Shown: positions 51,673 to 61,896 of the stretch, one piece after another
Position numbering within the stretch: position 1 is the stretch's first letter
How the letters are laid out: each line of letters starts with the position of its first letter
Assembly: GCA_964387845.1 (NCBI GenBank)
Contig: CAYLXA010000003.1
Location: 128,001 to 192,000 of the forward strand
Origin: an uncultured bacterium
GTDB taxonomy: Bacteria > Omnitrophota > Omnitrophia > Omnitrophales > Abzuiibacteriaceae
DNA length: 64,000 nucleotides
Reading direction: 5' to 3'
The notes under the pieces: model-generated
Database searches by the model: none
Told to the model about the DNA's origin: nothing
The model's input: the letters and a program-made list of their open reading frames with translations, nothing else
Translations under genes and position numbers: made by a program

Positions 51673-53164
51673 CGAATAAGAAAATAAAATTGAGAGAAGC
51701 CAATATGCCGAGCAAGAAAGCGGTTTTGACAGACGGCTCCCAAGAGTTAATAAGTGTCGGCGATTCTATTTTTCGGATATGGACAAGTTCGTCTTCCGCT
51801 TTAAGCACGGGGTTGAATTTTTTCATCCATTCTTGCGAATTTGGCAATGCAAATGCGATCAGCAACATTCCGACTGTCAGTAAAATCTGATACACGAATC
51901 GAATCGAAATGGCATCAAACACAAAACCATTCCATCCAAACATGCTTTTGTAAAATAGCAAACTAGCTTGCAAAGATTCAGCTCTGAATAAAACCCACGA
52001 AATGAGCACGACAAAAAAAGTGAGCGCGGTTGATCCCATATTTTTTAAAAATGCGTACCGATTTATAATTTCCATTTTATTTCCGAGGGTTTTCGCCCAA
52101 AGGTGGTTGAGTCCTATGAATAACCCATGCAGCACTCCCCACAATATGAAAGTCCAATGAGCGCCGTGCCACAGCCCGCCCAGCAGCATGGTCACCATAA
52201 TATTCATGCATTGGCGTACCACCCCCTTGCGGTTTCCGCCTAAAGGAATGTAGAGGTATTGCCAAAGAAATCTGGAAAGCGTCATGTGCCAGCGTCTCCA
52301 AAATTCTACAATCGACGATGCTTTATAGGGCGAGTTAAAGTTCATGGGTAGGACAATCCCAAACATCCTTGCCAATCCTATTGCCATATCCGAATAGCCA
52401 GAGAAATCGAAATAAATCTGCAATGCATAAGCAATTACCGCTCCCCAGGCTCCCGAAAAGCTTGGCGAAGTTCCTGCGGCCGCAGCTTCAAAAACCGGCG
52501 TTGAAAAAGTGGATATTGTGTCTGCCAGCAGTACCTTTTTGCTGAGTCCGAGAACAAATAATGTAATTCCAACAGAAAAATTTTCATGCAGCCGGGTTGT
52601 TTTTTCAGGGCGGTTGTTTTGCAAAAATTGCGGCATCATTTCGTGATGATGGACGATGGGGCCGGCAATGAGTTGGGGGAAAAAAGTAACAAATAAACAA
52701 TAGGTAATGAAATCGTAATCTTGCGCCTTTTTTTTATAAACATCCACCAAGTAAGTAATTTGTTGAAATGTGAAGAAAGAAATCGCGAGCGGAAGAATGA
52801 TTTTGTGAATACTAAAAGATTGGCCAAATAACCAGTTTATATTCTCAATTAAAAATCCGGCGTATTTATAATAAGCTAACAGCAAAAGATTAAAACCAAT
52901 TCCAAGAATTGTTATAAGCTTTGCAGGACCCTTCTTATTTTTCTTGATTAATTTTCCTATGAAAACACCGGTGAGGTAGTTGAAGCCAATCGATATAAGA
53001 ATTAAAAGCAAATAGCTAAAATTCCACCAGCCATAAAAAAACAAAGAAGCGGTAGCGAGCCAGGCGATCGAGATTTTTTGCCCGGAAGTTTCTTTCAATA
53101 TGTAATAAACGGATGCTGTTATGGGCAGGAAGGCGAAAATAAATTCGAAAGAATTAAATAGCAT
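51635..53164 (-). CDS. MBOAT-family membrane-bound O-acyltransferase (AlgI/DltB/PatA-like)
   Basis: 509 aa; multi-TM protein with conserved MBOAT His region (...WHMTLSRFLWQYLYIPLGGNRKG...). Confidence 0.8.
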   Translation of the reverse strand: MLFNSFEFIFAFLPITASVYYILKETSGQKISIAWLATASLFFYGWWNFSYLLLILISIGFNYLTGVFIGKLIKKNKKGPAKLITILGIGFNLLLLAYYKYAGFLIENINWLFGQSFSIHKIILPLAISFFTFQQITYLVDVYKKKAQDYDFITYCLFVTFFPQLIAGPIVHHHEMMPQFLQNNRPEKTTRLHENFSVGITLFVLGLSKKVLLADTISTFSTPVFEAAAAGTSPSFSGAWGAVIAYALQIYFDFSGYSDMAIGLARMFGIVLPMNFNSPYKASSIVEFWRRWHMTLSRFLWQYLYIPLGGNRKGVVRQCMNIMVTMLLGGLWHGAHWTFILWGVLHGLFIGLNHLWAKTLGNKMEIINRYAFLKNMGSTALTFFVVLISWVLFRAESLQASLLFYKSMFGWNGFVFDAISIRFVYQILLTVGMLLIAFALPNSQEWMKKFNPVLKAEDELVHIRKIESPTLINSWEPSVKTAFLLGILASLNFIFLFVESNSEFLYFQF

Positions 53165-53327
53165 GGCTGCTATTTTAGCTAGAAACAGCTTACTATCAAC
53201 AAAACTTTTATCATGATGCAGAGTGCGTACATGATCAAAATTGGATCAAAGGATTGGATGTGGTTAAACTTGCGGTTTAATTTTTTGACTTTTGATATAA
53301 TGACACCGTGCTTTACGAGATGAACTT

Positions 53328-53789
53328 ATGAATTTTGGAGAAATCGTTCAGGAAATTCAATACGTGCTGGCACCCGCAATTATGGTGTCGAGTGCGGCGC
53401 TTCTATTACTTGGATTTCAGAACAAATTTGCTACCCTGGCCAGCCGGTTTCGTGCGCTCAATCAGGAGCGGCGGGCACTTGCTGTCAAAAATTTCCGCAC
53501 TAAGGAAGAGAACGAGCGTTTCGATAATTTAGTGACACAAGTGAATCATTTGCATGAGCGCGCAACCTGCGTCAAGAATGCGATTCTCCTGACGTATTTA
53601 TCAATTGTTTGCTTTGTTTTAACATCCGTTTTGCTTTTTGTAAGCATTCACGCCAATCTTCAATTCTTTCAATTTATTATTACCCTTTTTCTTGTCGGCC
53701 TTGTTTTAATCTTGGCAACTTCACTGATCATGATAAAAGAAATTTCGATCGCATTTAAAGTTGTAACACTCGAGAAAAAATCTGCCTGA
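53328..53789 (+). CDS. DUF2721-family membrane protein
   Basis: 153 aa; ...LAPAIMVSSAALLLLGFQNKFATLASRFRAL... matches the DUF2721 pattern; preceded by an extended -10 (TGATATAAT) at 53289-53303. Confidence 0.5.
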   Translation: MNFGEIVQEIQYVLAPAIMVSSAALLLLGFQNKFATLASRFRALNQERRALAVKNFRTKEENERFDNLVTQVNHLHERATCVKNAILLTYLSIVCFVLTSVLLFVSIHANLQFFQFIITLFLVGLVLILATSLIMIKEISIAFKVVTLEKKSA

Positions 53790-53805
53790 TGAAGGGCTCT
53801 GAAAT

Positions 53806-54348
53806 ATGAGCGATGAAGATTCAAATTTAGCCGCTTTGAGGCACGCCCGCGAAGCTTTTTTAAAGCAAATCGAGCAGGAAAAAGATCCCGTCAAGAAAGA
53901 AAAACTCAAAGAATTTATCCCTTACATGGAAAGAACTTTTTCGCTGCATGAGATCGACTGGTTTCGGGTTAAAGCGATTGAGACAGCGAATGCGGCACGT
54001 GCTTTTGCAGATTCCGAGGAATCTGAGAAGGAATTTCAAGTTTCAAACCGGGTTTTCTGGCTCAGGGCGCTTGCTTTGCTGTGGACTTTATTTTTAATCA
54101 TGAGCCCGATCGTTATTTGGACCGGTATGCAGAATGTATATGTTTACCAAACTAACGAAGGCTCTGAGATTATCAGCGAAACTTTCGAGGGTGATCACAT
54201 CATTATCGGAGAAAACAAAATTCCGATGGAATTCAACCGGCGTGAATGGACGCTTCTGAAGGATCCCGTTGCAAGAGTTGCAGGCGTGATTCTTGCTTTT
54301 TTCGGTTTGGTTGCGCTGACTTTGGGTAAAACAGAATTATTGAAATGA
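53806..54348 (+). CDS. Hypothetical membrane protein
   Basis: 180 aa; 2 TM segments, no recognisable family. Confidence 0.45.
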   Translation: MSDEDSNLAALRHAREAFLKQIEQEKDPVKKEKLKEFIPYMERTFSLHEIDWFRVKAIETANAARAFADSEESEKEFQVSNRVFWLRALALLWTLFLIMSPIVIWTGMQNVYVYQTNEGSEIISETFEGDHIIIGENKIPMEFNRREWTLLKDPVARVAGVILAFFGLVALTLGKTELLK

Positions 54349-54349
54349 T

Positions 54350-54781
54350 CTAACGTCTTGCGGCTTCCCGGAGCGCAGTATTGATTTTCTCGACCAGGCT
54401 GTGAAGTTCGTCGTCTTTGCGGATCCGGATTTGATGCGTAAAGTCGCCTGTTTTGATGATTTCTGTCAGGGATTTTTCAATCCGGTAAATGGGCCCTGCA
54501 AGGCGATGTGTCAGGCGGATGGCGGAATAAGTCATTGCGGCGAATAAAATCGGAATGCCAACCGCTAGAATCCAATTAACACGCTCAAGCGCCGGGAAAA
54601 GCGTTTCCGCAATCAGTTCCGGAATCGCGACTTCGCGCGCGACTGCCTGCCAAATCAAATAATAAAGGCAAACCAAGACAAAAATTGCAGGCACGCCCAT
54701 TGCGGTCAAAATAAACCTTAAATACTTTTGCTGCAGCGGGTGATCAGCGAATGCGTTTTTTCGGCGGTTTGCGTGTTTCAT
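54350..54781 (-). CDS. Small membrane protein consisting of 2 TM helices plus a HAMP domain
   Basis: 143 aa; HAMP pattern AGPIYRIEKSLTEIIKTGDFTHQIRIRKDDELHSLVEKIN. Confidence 0.55.
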   Translation of the reverse strand: MKHANRRKNAFADHPLQQKYLRFILTAMGVPAIFVLVCLYYLIWQAVAREVAIPELIAETLFPALERVNWILAVGIPILFAAMTYSAIRLTHRLAGPIYRIEKSLTEIIKTGDFTHQIRIRKDDELHSLVEKINTALREAARR

Positions 54782-54785
54782 AGGC

Positions 54786-55496
54786 CTAAATTTTCCCGAT
54801 TAGAATATCGTCAAAAAAGCCTTCCGCTTCACTTTTGGTTCCTTCGGCGTCTGTCATCAAAGCAATTGCGACAACCTTCATTTTTGGTTTTTCACCGAAC
54901 AACTTTTGATAATCTTCGTAAACATTTCGGTGCTCACTCGCCCATTCGCTATTTTTTAGACGGCCCGACCGTAAAACCAACTGCCTAATTTTATCCGAGT
55001 AAGGGCTTTTGATAATTGTATTTTCCGGAATTGACTCGTCCCATACGTATTCAACGCACTTAAAGTTTGTAAAAAACCCTTGAGAAAAAATCACATAGAC
55101 CCGAGCCGCGAAATCATCACGCTTTTTTGGATCGGCCTCAGTTTTTTTATCGGGAAATTTGCCGACGCGCCATTTCCATAATAAATGCGGATATTCGGAA
55201 ATATCGAATTTGATTTTAAAGAAAATCGCAGATGCCGATTTCATGCTTTCCGAACGGACAAAACCACCGGGTTCTTCTAATTCAATCCAATATTTAACGC
55301 GGCCGTGGAATACTTTCTCCTCCCATTCTTTAAGCGCGCCGGGATGGTTAAAGTCAAAAACGTGGAACATATTTTGAATGGTGGGTGTTAAAGAAATGGG
55401 CGGTTTAAAGGGTACCGGCGTTAGAAATAGAGCAGCCGACAAAACCAGTATAATGAGTACACCAAGCCAGAAAAAATGCGAATCTTTATTTTTCAC
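54786..55496 (-). CDS. Membrane-anchored periplasmic protein (DUF3047-like)
   Basis: 236 aa; N-terminal TM anchor and about 200-aa W/F-rich domain; upstream partner of the HAMP protein. Confidence 0.4.
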   Translation of the reverse strand: MKNKDSHFFWLGVLIILVLSAALFLTPVPFKPPISLTPTIQNMFHVFDFNHPGALKEWEEKVFHGRVKYWIELEEPGGFVRSESMKSASAIFFKIKFDISEYPHLLWKWRVGKFPDKKTEADPKKRDDFAARVYVIFSQGFFTNFKCVEYVWDESIPENTIIKSPYSDKIRQLVLRSGRLKNSEWASEHRNVYEDYQKLFGEKPKMKVVAIALMTDAEGTKSEAEGFFDDILIGKI

Positions 55497-55513
55497 CTTT
55501 TAGTTATCGGCTA

Positions 55514-56089
55514 TTGGGCTACAATATATCTATGAATTATTTGACCGCTTTTATCCTTACGATTTCTTTATTGGCCGTATTTCATGAAAGGAGCTTTGCG
55601 ATGGTTGGAAAACCCGAATCAAGAAAACCTCAGAAAGGCGAGCAGTGCAGCCTGCCGACGAATGATGCGGAATTGCGGAAAATATTAACACCCGAGCAAT
55701 ATAAAGTTGTGCGTGAAAACGGAACCGAAATGCCGTTTATGAATGCTTATTGGAACAACAAAAAGCCCGGCATTTATGTGGATATTGTTTCAGGTGAAGC
55801 GCTTTTCAGCTCAACCGAAAAATTTGATTCCGGGACCGGTTGGCCGAGCTTTACGGCACCGATAAAGATAGAGAACGTTGTTGAAAAATCGGATGAAAGC
55901 CACGGCATGGCCCGCACGGAAGTCCGTTCTAAAGAGGGCGACTCTCATTTGGGCCACGTGTTTCCGGACGGCCCAGGCCCCACTGGCATGCGTTACTGCA
56001 TTAATTCCGCGGCGCTCCGTTTTATTCCGGCGGAAGATCTTGAAAAAGAAGGTTATGGAAAGTACCGCTATTTGTTCGAGAAGAAATAA
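55514..56089 (+). CDS. msrB: Peptide-methionine (R)-S-oxide reductase MsrB, exported
   Basis: GWPSF and [10 protein letters not shown] motifs; N-terminal signal peptide (start possibly M7, 55532). Confidence 0.85.
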   Translation: MGYNISMNYLTAFILTISLLAVFHERSFAMVGKPESRKPQKGEQCSLPTNDAELRKILTPEQYKVVRENGTEMPFMNAYWNNKKPGIYVDIVSGEALFSSTEKFDSGTGWPSFTAPIKIENVVEKSDESHGMARTEVRSKEGDSHLGHVFPDGPGPTGMRYCINSAALRFIPAEDLEKEGYGKYRYLFEKK

Positions 56090-57451
56090 TCAGCGCACGT
56101 ATCGGCGCATGTAACGAAAAGCAGGTGCAAGCCGGCCGTGTTCCATGATAACGCCGCGCCGGATTTCGGCCGGAATCGCCGCGTGTTCCGTGAGGTCGAG
56201 TGCGCCATGTGAAGCGATTTGATAAACGTAATCTCGAATTTGCGCGCTGAACTCGCGCGATGAGTCCTCCGGAAATTCGCACGGCAATTGATCGACCGCA
56301 AGAACCGCGATTCCGCTTCCCGAAATTCCATCCCTGATTTTTCCTGTTTTTGGATCATAAATAAAAGTGGGATTTCCGGGGTCCGTTGTTTTTTTCGTGA
56401 TTTCGATTGTGCCGCCGATATCACAGGTCAAATCGCCGATTAAACCCAGCCGGAACGGCTTTGCTTTCCGGTAGAGTTTTTTAACCATCGATTCCGGAAC
56501 AAGGCGCGGGTAGCGTTTATCCCAATAGCTTGCATTGATCAATAAATTGAGAAGCGGAAGATAATAATCCAGGTTTGATTCATATTGTTTCGGATTTTCC
56601 AAATAGTCTTCAAAATAAAATCCACCCTTTTTCTTTGGCCGGAGCTTTTCTTCGCGCTGAAACATGATCTTGTAAACCTCATTCGTCCGGTGTTTTTGGT
56701 GGCGGATGAACCGCGCCATATCGTTCGGATGAATTTCAATGGGGTCAAAAATATCGATCACTTCCTCGGCGCCATGCGCGACGTTGCCGTGTCCCGTAAT
56801 TCCGACAATGAAAGGTGAAAGCCGGCGGTCAAAGCCGGTGCGCCTGATTTCACGCGCAATTTGGCGTAAGTGCCGTTTGGCGGTTGCGTAATTTCCGTAA
56901 TCAATTGAACGCCGCACAAATTCAAACGGCGTTTTCAGGTTCTGCAGCCGGCGTCGGATCCCCAAATAGTGGAGTGAATCAATCATGCCGCAAATTCCAG
57001 CGAAGCGCCCAAAATAGACAAGCCGGTTTTTGGCGGCATCGATGATGTGCTCATAGTCCACCAAGGTAATTTTTTTGCGCATAAGCGTTTTTAATAAAAG
57101 CCGGTTGTGTTCCTGGCCTTTTGTCGTGTGCGAAAAGAAAGCGTACATTTTTCCGGAAAGCAGCTCATGCGGATCGGGTTCTTTGACGCCTAGCAAGAAC
57201 TTTGCTTTTTGGAAGTGTGTGACGATTTTCGCGCCTGCGCGCCGGTAGGCGGAATCTTTAAAAATCCGGTTGGAACTTGAAAGGACCTCAACATGAATTT
57301 TGCGGTCGACCAGCCAGCCCACATCTTCAGGTGTGAGCGCCGCCCGCTTTTCCCAGATGTTTTTGGCTTCCGAAAGCAACCCTACGACAAGCGGTTTTCT
57401 CATGAAAAATATGATATCACACGGCGCATCCTGTTTTACAGGCGCTTTCAT
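56090..57451 (-). CDS. Saccharopine dehydrogenase / LKR-SDH-like protein (AlaDH/PNT N-terminal domain)
   Basis: 453 aa; AlaDH/PNT-N (VVGLLSEAKNIWEKRAALTPEDV) and LOR/SDH-like C-terminal region; start possibly M17. Confidence 0.5.
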   Translation of the reverse strand: MKAPVKQDAPCDIIFFMRKPLVVGLLSEAKNIWEKRAALTPEDVGWLVDRKIHVEVLSSSNRIFKDSAYRRAGAKIVTHFQKAKFLLGVKEPDPHELLSGKMYAFFSHTTKGQEHNRLLLKTLMRKKITLVDYEHIIDAAKNRLVYFGRFAGICGMIDSLHYLGIRRRLQNLKTPFEFVRRSIDYGNYATAKRHLRQIAREIRRTGFDRRLSPFIVGITGHGNVAHGAEEVIDIFDPIEIHPNDMARFIRHQKHRTNEVYKIMFQREEKLRPKKKGGFYFEDYLENPKQYESNLDYYLPLLNLLINASYWDKRYPRLVPESMVKKLYRKAKPFRLGLIGDLTCDIGGTIEITKKTTDPGNPTFIYDPKTGKIRDGISGSGIAVLAVDQLPCEFPEDSSREFSAQIRDYVYQIASHGALDLTEHAAIPAEIRRGVIMEHGRLAPAFRYMRRYVR

Positions 57452-57582
57452 TTAGTTTTTCGGTCTTTCTTGAGTGATTTAGAAAGTCTTTTCTCGGATA
57501 GTGGCCGCCTGGTATCAAACTATTTTTTCGGTTAGGCTTTCTTTAGTATTTTATCAACCTATTAACAAGGAGGTGAGCCAGA

Positions 57583-57960
57583 TTGGCTAAGCGAAGAATT
57601 TTAATTATTGATGACAATCTTGATGTTATTGAGTCAGTCAAAACGACCCTGGAAGAAACCGGAAATTACGAAGTCCGGGGCGAAACCAGGGCTTCAAACG
57701 GTTTGAACACCGCGCGTCTTTACCATCCCGATTTGATTCTTCTCGACATCATCATGCCTGAAATTGCGGGCAATGAAGTAGCGAGGCGGATCAAAGATGA
57801 TCCCGAAACAAAAAACATCCCGCTTGCTTATTTCAGCGTGATTGTTTCGGAGGATGAAATCCGCTCGCGCAACGGAATCATCGGCGGGAATAGGTTCATT
57901 CCGAAAGCTTCGAACTTGCAAGAGCTTGTTCACTCAATAGAAGAAAGCATCGGAAAATAA
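57583..57960 (+). CDS. Stand-alone response-regulator receiver domain (CheY-like)
   Basis: TTG start with AAGGAGGT SD; RILIIDDN...LILLDIIMP...K receiver motifs. Confidence 0.8.
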   Translation: MAKRRILIIDDNLDVIESVKTTLEETGNYEVRGETRASNGLNTARLYHPDLILLDIIMPEIAGNEVARRIKDDPETKNIPLAYFSVIVSEDEIRSRNGIIGGNRFIPKASNLQELVHSIEESIGK

Positions 57961-58287
57961 TCCTTTCTTTGGTCATTGCGAGCCGCTGTCACAAAGCCAG
58001 ATTCTTTCCGCCAGTTCAACTCGCTGGTACATTTCTGTCGAAGCTCAATTTATTTCTCGGAGCGCCATTACGGAAAAAATTTGAATGGCTCAAATTTTTG
58101 ACGTAGGCTGAGTACGGCGATTTTAGTTTAGGCAACTGGCCTTAAAATCGCCGCACGGAGGAAAGCGAAGAGAAACAAGTTGAGCTGAGATTGCTTTATC
58201 ATAGATTAAAGTGATTCGTAATGACAATGTACAAAAGAAGCTGACGGGGAAAGAAATTTTGGCTATGCTAATCAAGAGGCAGCCAAA

Positions 58288-59457
58288 ATGAAACAGTGTA
58301 TTCTCAAAAAGGGCAAAGAAAAAGCTCTCCAGAACCGCCATCCTTGGATTTTCTCGGGTGCCATAGACGAAATTGATAATACGCTTACGCCCGGCGATCT
58401 CATTGAAGTTCTCTCATCAAAAAAAGAGTATTTGGCAACCGGTTATTTTAACCCCCATTCGCAGATCTCAGTCCGCGTTCTTAGTTTTTCAAACCAAAAA
58501 ATCGGTCAAGAATTTTTTGAAAAGCGGATCAAAGACGCTATTTATTTAAGGTCGAATTATTTCAAAGAAAATACAAACGCTTACCGCCTTATCCATTCAG
58601 AGGGCGATTTTTTACCAGGTCTGATTGTTGACCGGTATGGCGATTTTTTGGCCGTGCAATTTTTAACGGCCGGAATGGACCGGTTCCGTGACGTCATTGC
58701 AGGAATTTTATCCGAAGAACTAAGGCCGAAAGGAATTTTTGAACGGGCAGATGCCAAAGAGCGCGAACTCGAAAAGCTTGGTTCAAAAAATGGAGTCATT
58801 TTTGGCGAAGCGCCGCCCGAGAAGATTGAAATTTTGGAAAATGGTTTACGGTTTCTCGTGAACTTGCGCGAAGGCCAAAAAGGCGGATTTTTCTTAGACC
58901 AACGCGAAAACCGGAAACTGATTGAATCCGTCAGCTCCGGCAGGAAAGTCCTCAATTGTTTTTCTTACTCAGGCGCATTTTCGGTTTATGGAGCACGGGG
59001 TGGCGCGCTGGAAATTGTTTCGGTCGATAGTTCGCAGCCGGCGCTTGAATTGGCGGATGAAAATTTTAAATTAAATCAACTCAATGTTTCGCACAAAACC
59101 GTTAAAAAAGACGTTTTCGAATTCTTGCGGGAAGATAAATCCGAATTCGATCTCATCATTCTCGATCCGCCGGCATTTTGTAAAAATAAGCAGCAAATAG
59201 ATCAAGCAGCGCGCGGCTACAAAGATATCAACCTTCAGGCGATCAAAAAGCTATCGGCGCGCGGCTTGTTGTTTACCGCATCCTGCTCCTCATTTATTTC
59301 ACCCGACTTGTTTCAAAAAATCATTTTTGGCGCGGCGAAAGATGCTTCGCGCGATCTGCGGATCATTCAAAAAACTTCTCACGCGCTGGATCATCCGATT
59401 AATATTTATCATCCGGAAGGCGAATATTTAAAAGGGTTGCTTTGCCAAGTTCTTTAG
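58288..59457 (+). CDS. rlmI: 23S rRNA m5C1962 methyltransferase RlmI-like (PUA + class I SAM MTase)
   Basis: 389 aa; N-terminal KKGKEKALQNRHPWIFSGAID and C-terminal SAM MTase fold. Confidence 0.8.
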   Translation: MKQCILKKGKEKALQNRHPWIFSGAIDEIDNTLTPGDLIEVLSSKKEYLATGYFNPHSQISVRVLSFSNQKIGQEFFEKRIKDAIYLRSNYFKENTNAYRLIHSEGDFLPGLIVDRYGDFLAVQFLTAGMDRFRDVIAGILSEELRPKGIFERADAKERELEKLGSKNGVIFGEAPPEKIEILENGLRFLVNLREGQKGGFFLDQRENRKLIESVSSGRKVLNCFSYSGAFSVYGARGGALEIVSVDSSQPALELADENFKLNQLNVSHKTVKKDVFEFLREDKSEFDLIILDPPAFCKNKQQIDQAARGYKDINLQAIKKLSARGLLFTASCSSFISPDLFQKIIFGAAKDASRDLRIIQKTSHALDHPINIYHPEGEYLKGLLCQVL

Positions 59458-59463
59458 GATAAC

Positions 59464-59670
59464 TTGAAGACTATGTCGCTATTTTATTTCCACGCATTCT
59501 TGATTGCTTCTGCGTCTATTTTCGGATTTTATTTTTCATGGTGGGAATTTTCTGCCTATTCAAAATCAGCGGAGGTTTTAAATTTGGCCGCTGCAGTCAG
59601 TTCTTTGGCGGCTTCTATCGCGCTTCTGGTTTATTTGGTTTGGTTTGTCAGGAAGAAATTACTGAAGTAG
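59464..59670 (+). CDS. Small 2-TM membrane protein (hypothetical)
   Basis: 68 aa, hydrophobic. Confidence 0.35.
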   Translation: MKTMSLFYFHAFLIASASIFGFYFSWWEFSAYSKSAEVLNLAAAVSSLAASIALLVYLVWFVRKKLLK

Positions 59671-59671
59671 T

Positions 59672-61036
59672 TTATTGCCAGGTCAAATAGATTTTTTCTT
59701 CACGTTCTTTCCACCACCTGTATAAATCCCGCGGCAGTGGAATCCATGCCGAGCTGTCTTTTGTCAATTCATCCAATAGAAATTTGTAATTCGTAATCCA
59801 TTTCTCTCGTCCGCTCAATTGAGGCTCCGGATGTGTCAAAATATTCGCCGCGCCGCCGCGCTTTTTTATTTTTCCGATCATTTCAAGCTGAAATTTAAGA
59901 ACGCGTTCGGGTGAAAAACCGCGCATCTCAAGAACAAAATCTTCCGCTACGTTCGTTGGAAATTCAAGCAGATTGGTTTTTTCGATTCTGTACGGAAAAC
60001 AAGTGCTGCAGCCTTCGGATGCCGGAACGGGGCTGTTGACATTTTCAAACGTATCATGCACGCTCAGATCATAATGAACAAATGCATTCAAAGCCCGAAA
60101 AAGCGCCGGTGTATGATGGTAGCTCGGGCTTCTGAATCCGGTACAGTTAAAATCCCGCAAAAAGGAGGAGGCTTCCATTAAACGTTCGCGTATTTTGTTT
60201 TCCGGCAAATAAGTAGTCTGATGATCGTGCCGGATGCCGTGACATCCGATTTCGTGGCCCGCATCAAATAATTTTTGGATCGCGCTGTGTTCTGTGCCGG
60301 CTATTTTCGCGACAATCAGCCAAAGCGAGCGCAGATTTTTAGCTTCTTCGATTTTCCGAAAGGCCTCGATTCCGTTTTCGTGCCGGAATCCCCAGGCGGT
60401 ATCCACATCATGGTTCAGAAAAGCCACGAAGCATTTTCCGTCGGGCCACAACGGAACCCCCGGAAATTTTTGATTGCCTGCGTTGTCAATCAATGCTTTT
60501 ACCAAAAACCGCCAAACATCAACCGAAAAATCTTTAAAAGGTTTCGGATAGACCGGCCGGGATTTGTTGCTGAGCAGTGTCCGCGATAAATTAAAAGAAA
60601 GCATTGCCGTTTTCCGGACGAATCCGGGAAGCCCGTCGGGGTCGATTCCCAACCTTACATAAATGGGCGGCTTGCGGTTGACGTATTTTTCCTGCTGGAT
60701 GAATTCAATCGTTTGATCCGGATCGAAATAAAAATGAAATTTTCCGGCGTTATCGATTGTCACCAAAGGAAAAGTTTCGCCCGATTCTTGTTCGAGGTGC
60801 GCAATTGTTTTTCCGGTTGGCGTAATCTCCGAAGCGATTTGAAGGTGGGAAAATAGGCCGTCTTGGATTTCTTCTCTGAAGTTGTCCAAAAGTTGTGCGG
60901 CTTCACCTGAAAATATGATTCGGCCGAACCGGGTTTGAAGCGCCGAAGACAAATGGAGTTCAATCGGTTTTCCGGGGCCTACCAATATTTCGAAAACACT
61001 TTTCGGAAATCCCCAGAATCGGAAGATATTTTTCAT
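59672..61036 (-). CDS. Polysaccharide deacetylase (CE4/NodB-homology) family protein
   Basis: 454 aa; NodB-like motifs ...FLNHDVDT... and ...GHEIGCHGIRHD... Confidence 0.6.
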   Translation of the reverse strand: MKNIFRFWGFPKSVFEILVGPGKPIELHLSSALQTRFGRIIFSGEAAQLLDNFREEIQDGLFSHLQIASEITPTGKTIAHLEQESGETFPLVTIDNAGKFHFYFDPDQTIEFIQQEKYVNRKPPIYVRLGIDPDGLPGFVRKTAMLSFNLSRTLLSNKSRPVYPKPFKDFSVDVWRFLVKALIDNAGNQKFPGVPLWPDGKCFVAFLNHDVDTAWGFRHENGIEAFRKIEEAKNLRSLWLIVAKIAGTEHSAIQKLFDAGHEIGCHGIRHDHQTTYLPENKIRERLMEASSFLRDFNCTGFRSPSYHHTPALFRALNAFVHYDLSVHDTFENVNSPVPASEGCSTCFPYRIEKTNLLEFPTNVAEDFVLEMRGFSPERVLKFQLEMIGKIKKRGGAANILTHPEPQLSGREKWITNYKFLLDELTKDSSAWIPLPRDLYRWWKEREEKIYLTWQ

Positions 61037-61039
61037 CGC

Positions 61040-61771
61040 TCAGACTGAAACGGCTGAGTATGCAATCCGCATGGCAAGCGGCCTTAGAAATGAAAAGGCA
61101 TTTAAAAATTTATCGAAGGGAATCAAAATTGAAACCGGCGCGGGGCCCAAGCCGTTTGGGATAAAAGCGAAAAATTCCAAGTGTTCGAAGCGAAAACCCG
61201 TTTTCTGGAAGAGCGACTCCAACGTGCGCTGGTTCGATTCTTTAATTTGAGGAAGCCATTCGCGCATTTCATTTTTATTCATCCACGACATCCATTGATA
61301 ATAAGGGCATGCGCCGTTCATATCGATCACCACAAGGCGGCCGCCCGGTTTCAGGATTTTTTTGTAATTTAAAAGCGCATTTTCCTTGTGCATGTAATAA
61401 CTGAAGGTATTGATGCCGGCCAGAACATCGAAAGCGCCTTTTGTATCGCGATCCTTGATAAATTCAGCGGGATTTTCACAATCGCCTTGATAAAAAGAAG
61501 TTTGAGGAGAACGCTTCTTCGCTTGCTTGATCATTTCGGCACTGATGTCCATGCCGACAACTTTTAATCCGTGCTCGCTGAGCCATTGGGTATAAACACC
61601 GGTTCCGCAGCCAAGCTCCAGAACGGTTCCGGATTTTGGAAGTACTTTTCGCAAAAACGGCTGGTAGTAAGTGTCAAAGTTATAGGATTGGCCGGCCAGA
61701 ATGACGCCGTGTTTGGTGTCGTAAACGTCCGCGAATTCGTCGTAGTATTTTTGAATTTGTTCGTGCGCCAT
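61040..61771 (-). CDS. Class I SAM-dependent methyltransferase
   Basis: 243 aa; motif I VLELGCGTG. Confidence 0.75.
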   Translation of the reverse strand: MAHEQIQKYYDEFADVYDTKHGVILAGQSYNFDTYYQPFLRKVLPKSGTVLELGCGTGVYTQWLSEHGLKVVGMDISAEMIKQAKKRSPQTSFYQGDCENPAEFIKDRDTKGAFDVLAGINTFSYYMHKENALLNYKKILKPGGRLVVIDMNGACPYYQWMSWMNKNEMREWLPQIKESNQRTLESLFQKTGFRFEHLEFFAFIPNGLGPAPVSILIPFDKFLNAFSFLRPLAMRIAYSAVSV

Positions 61772-61896
61772 AAATTAGGAAAGAAATTGTAACACGTTAT
61801 CCAATTAACGGCATCTTAAAGTAAAGCGTGAGTTTCAGCTTCCATTTATAAAGGCGAGGCTATACAATTCACTTAATTTAAGGTGATTCGGGTTCA

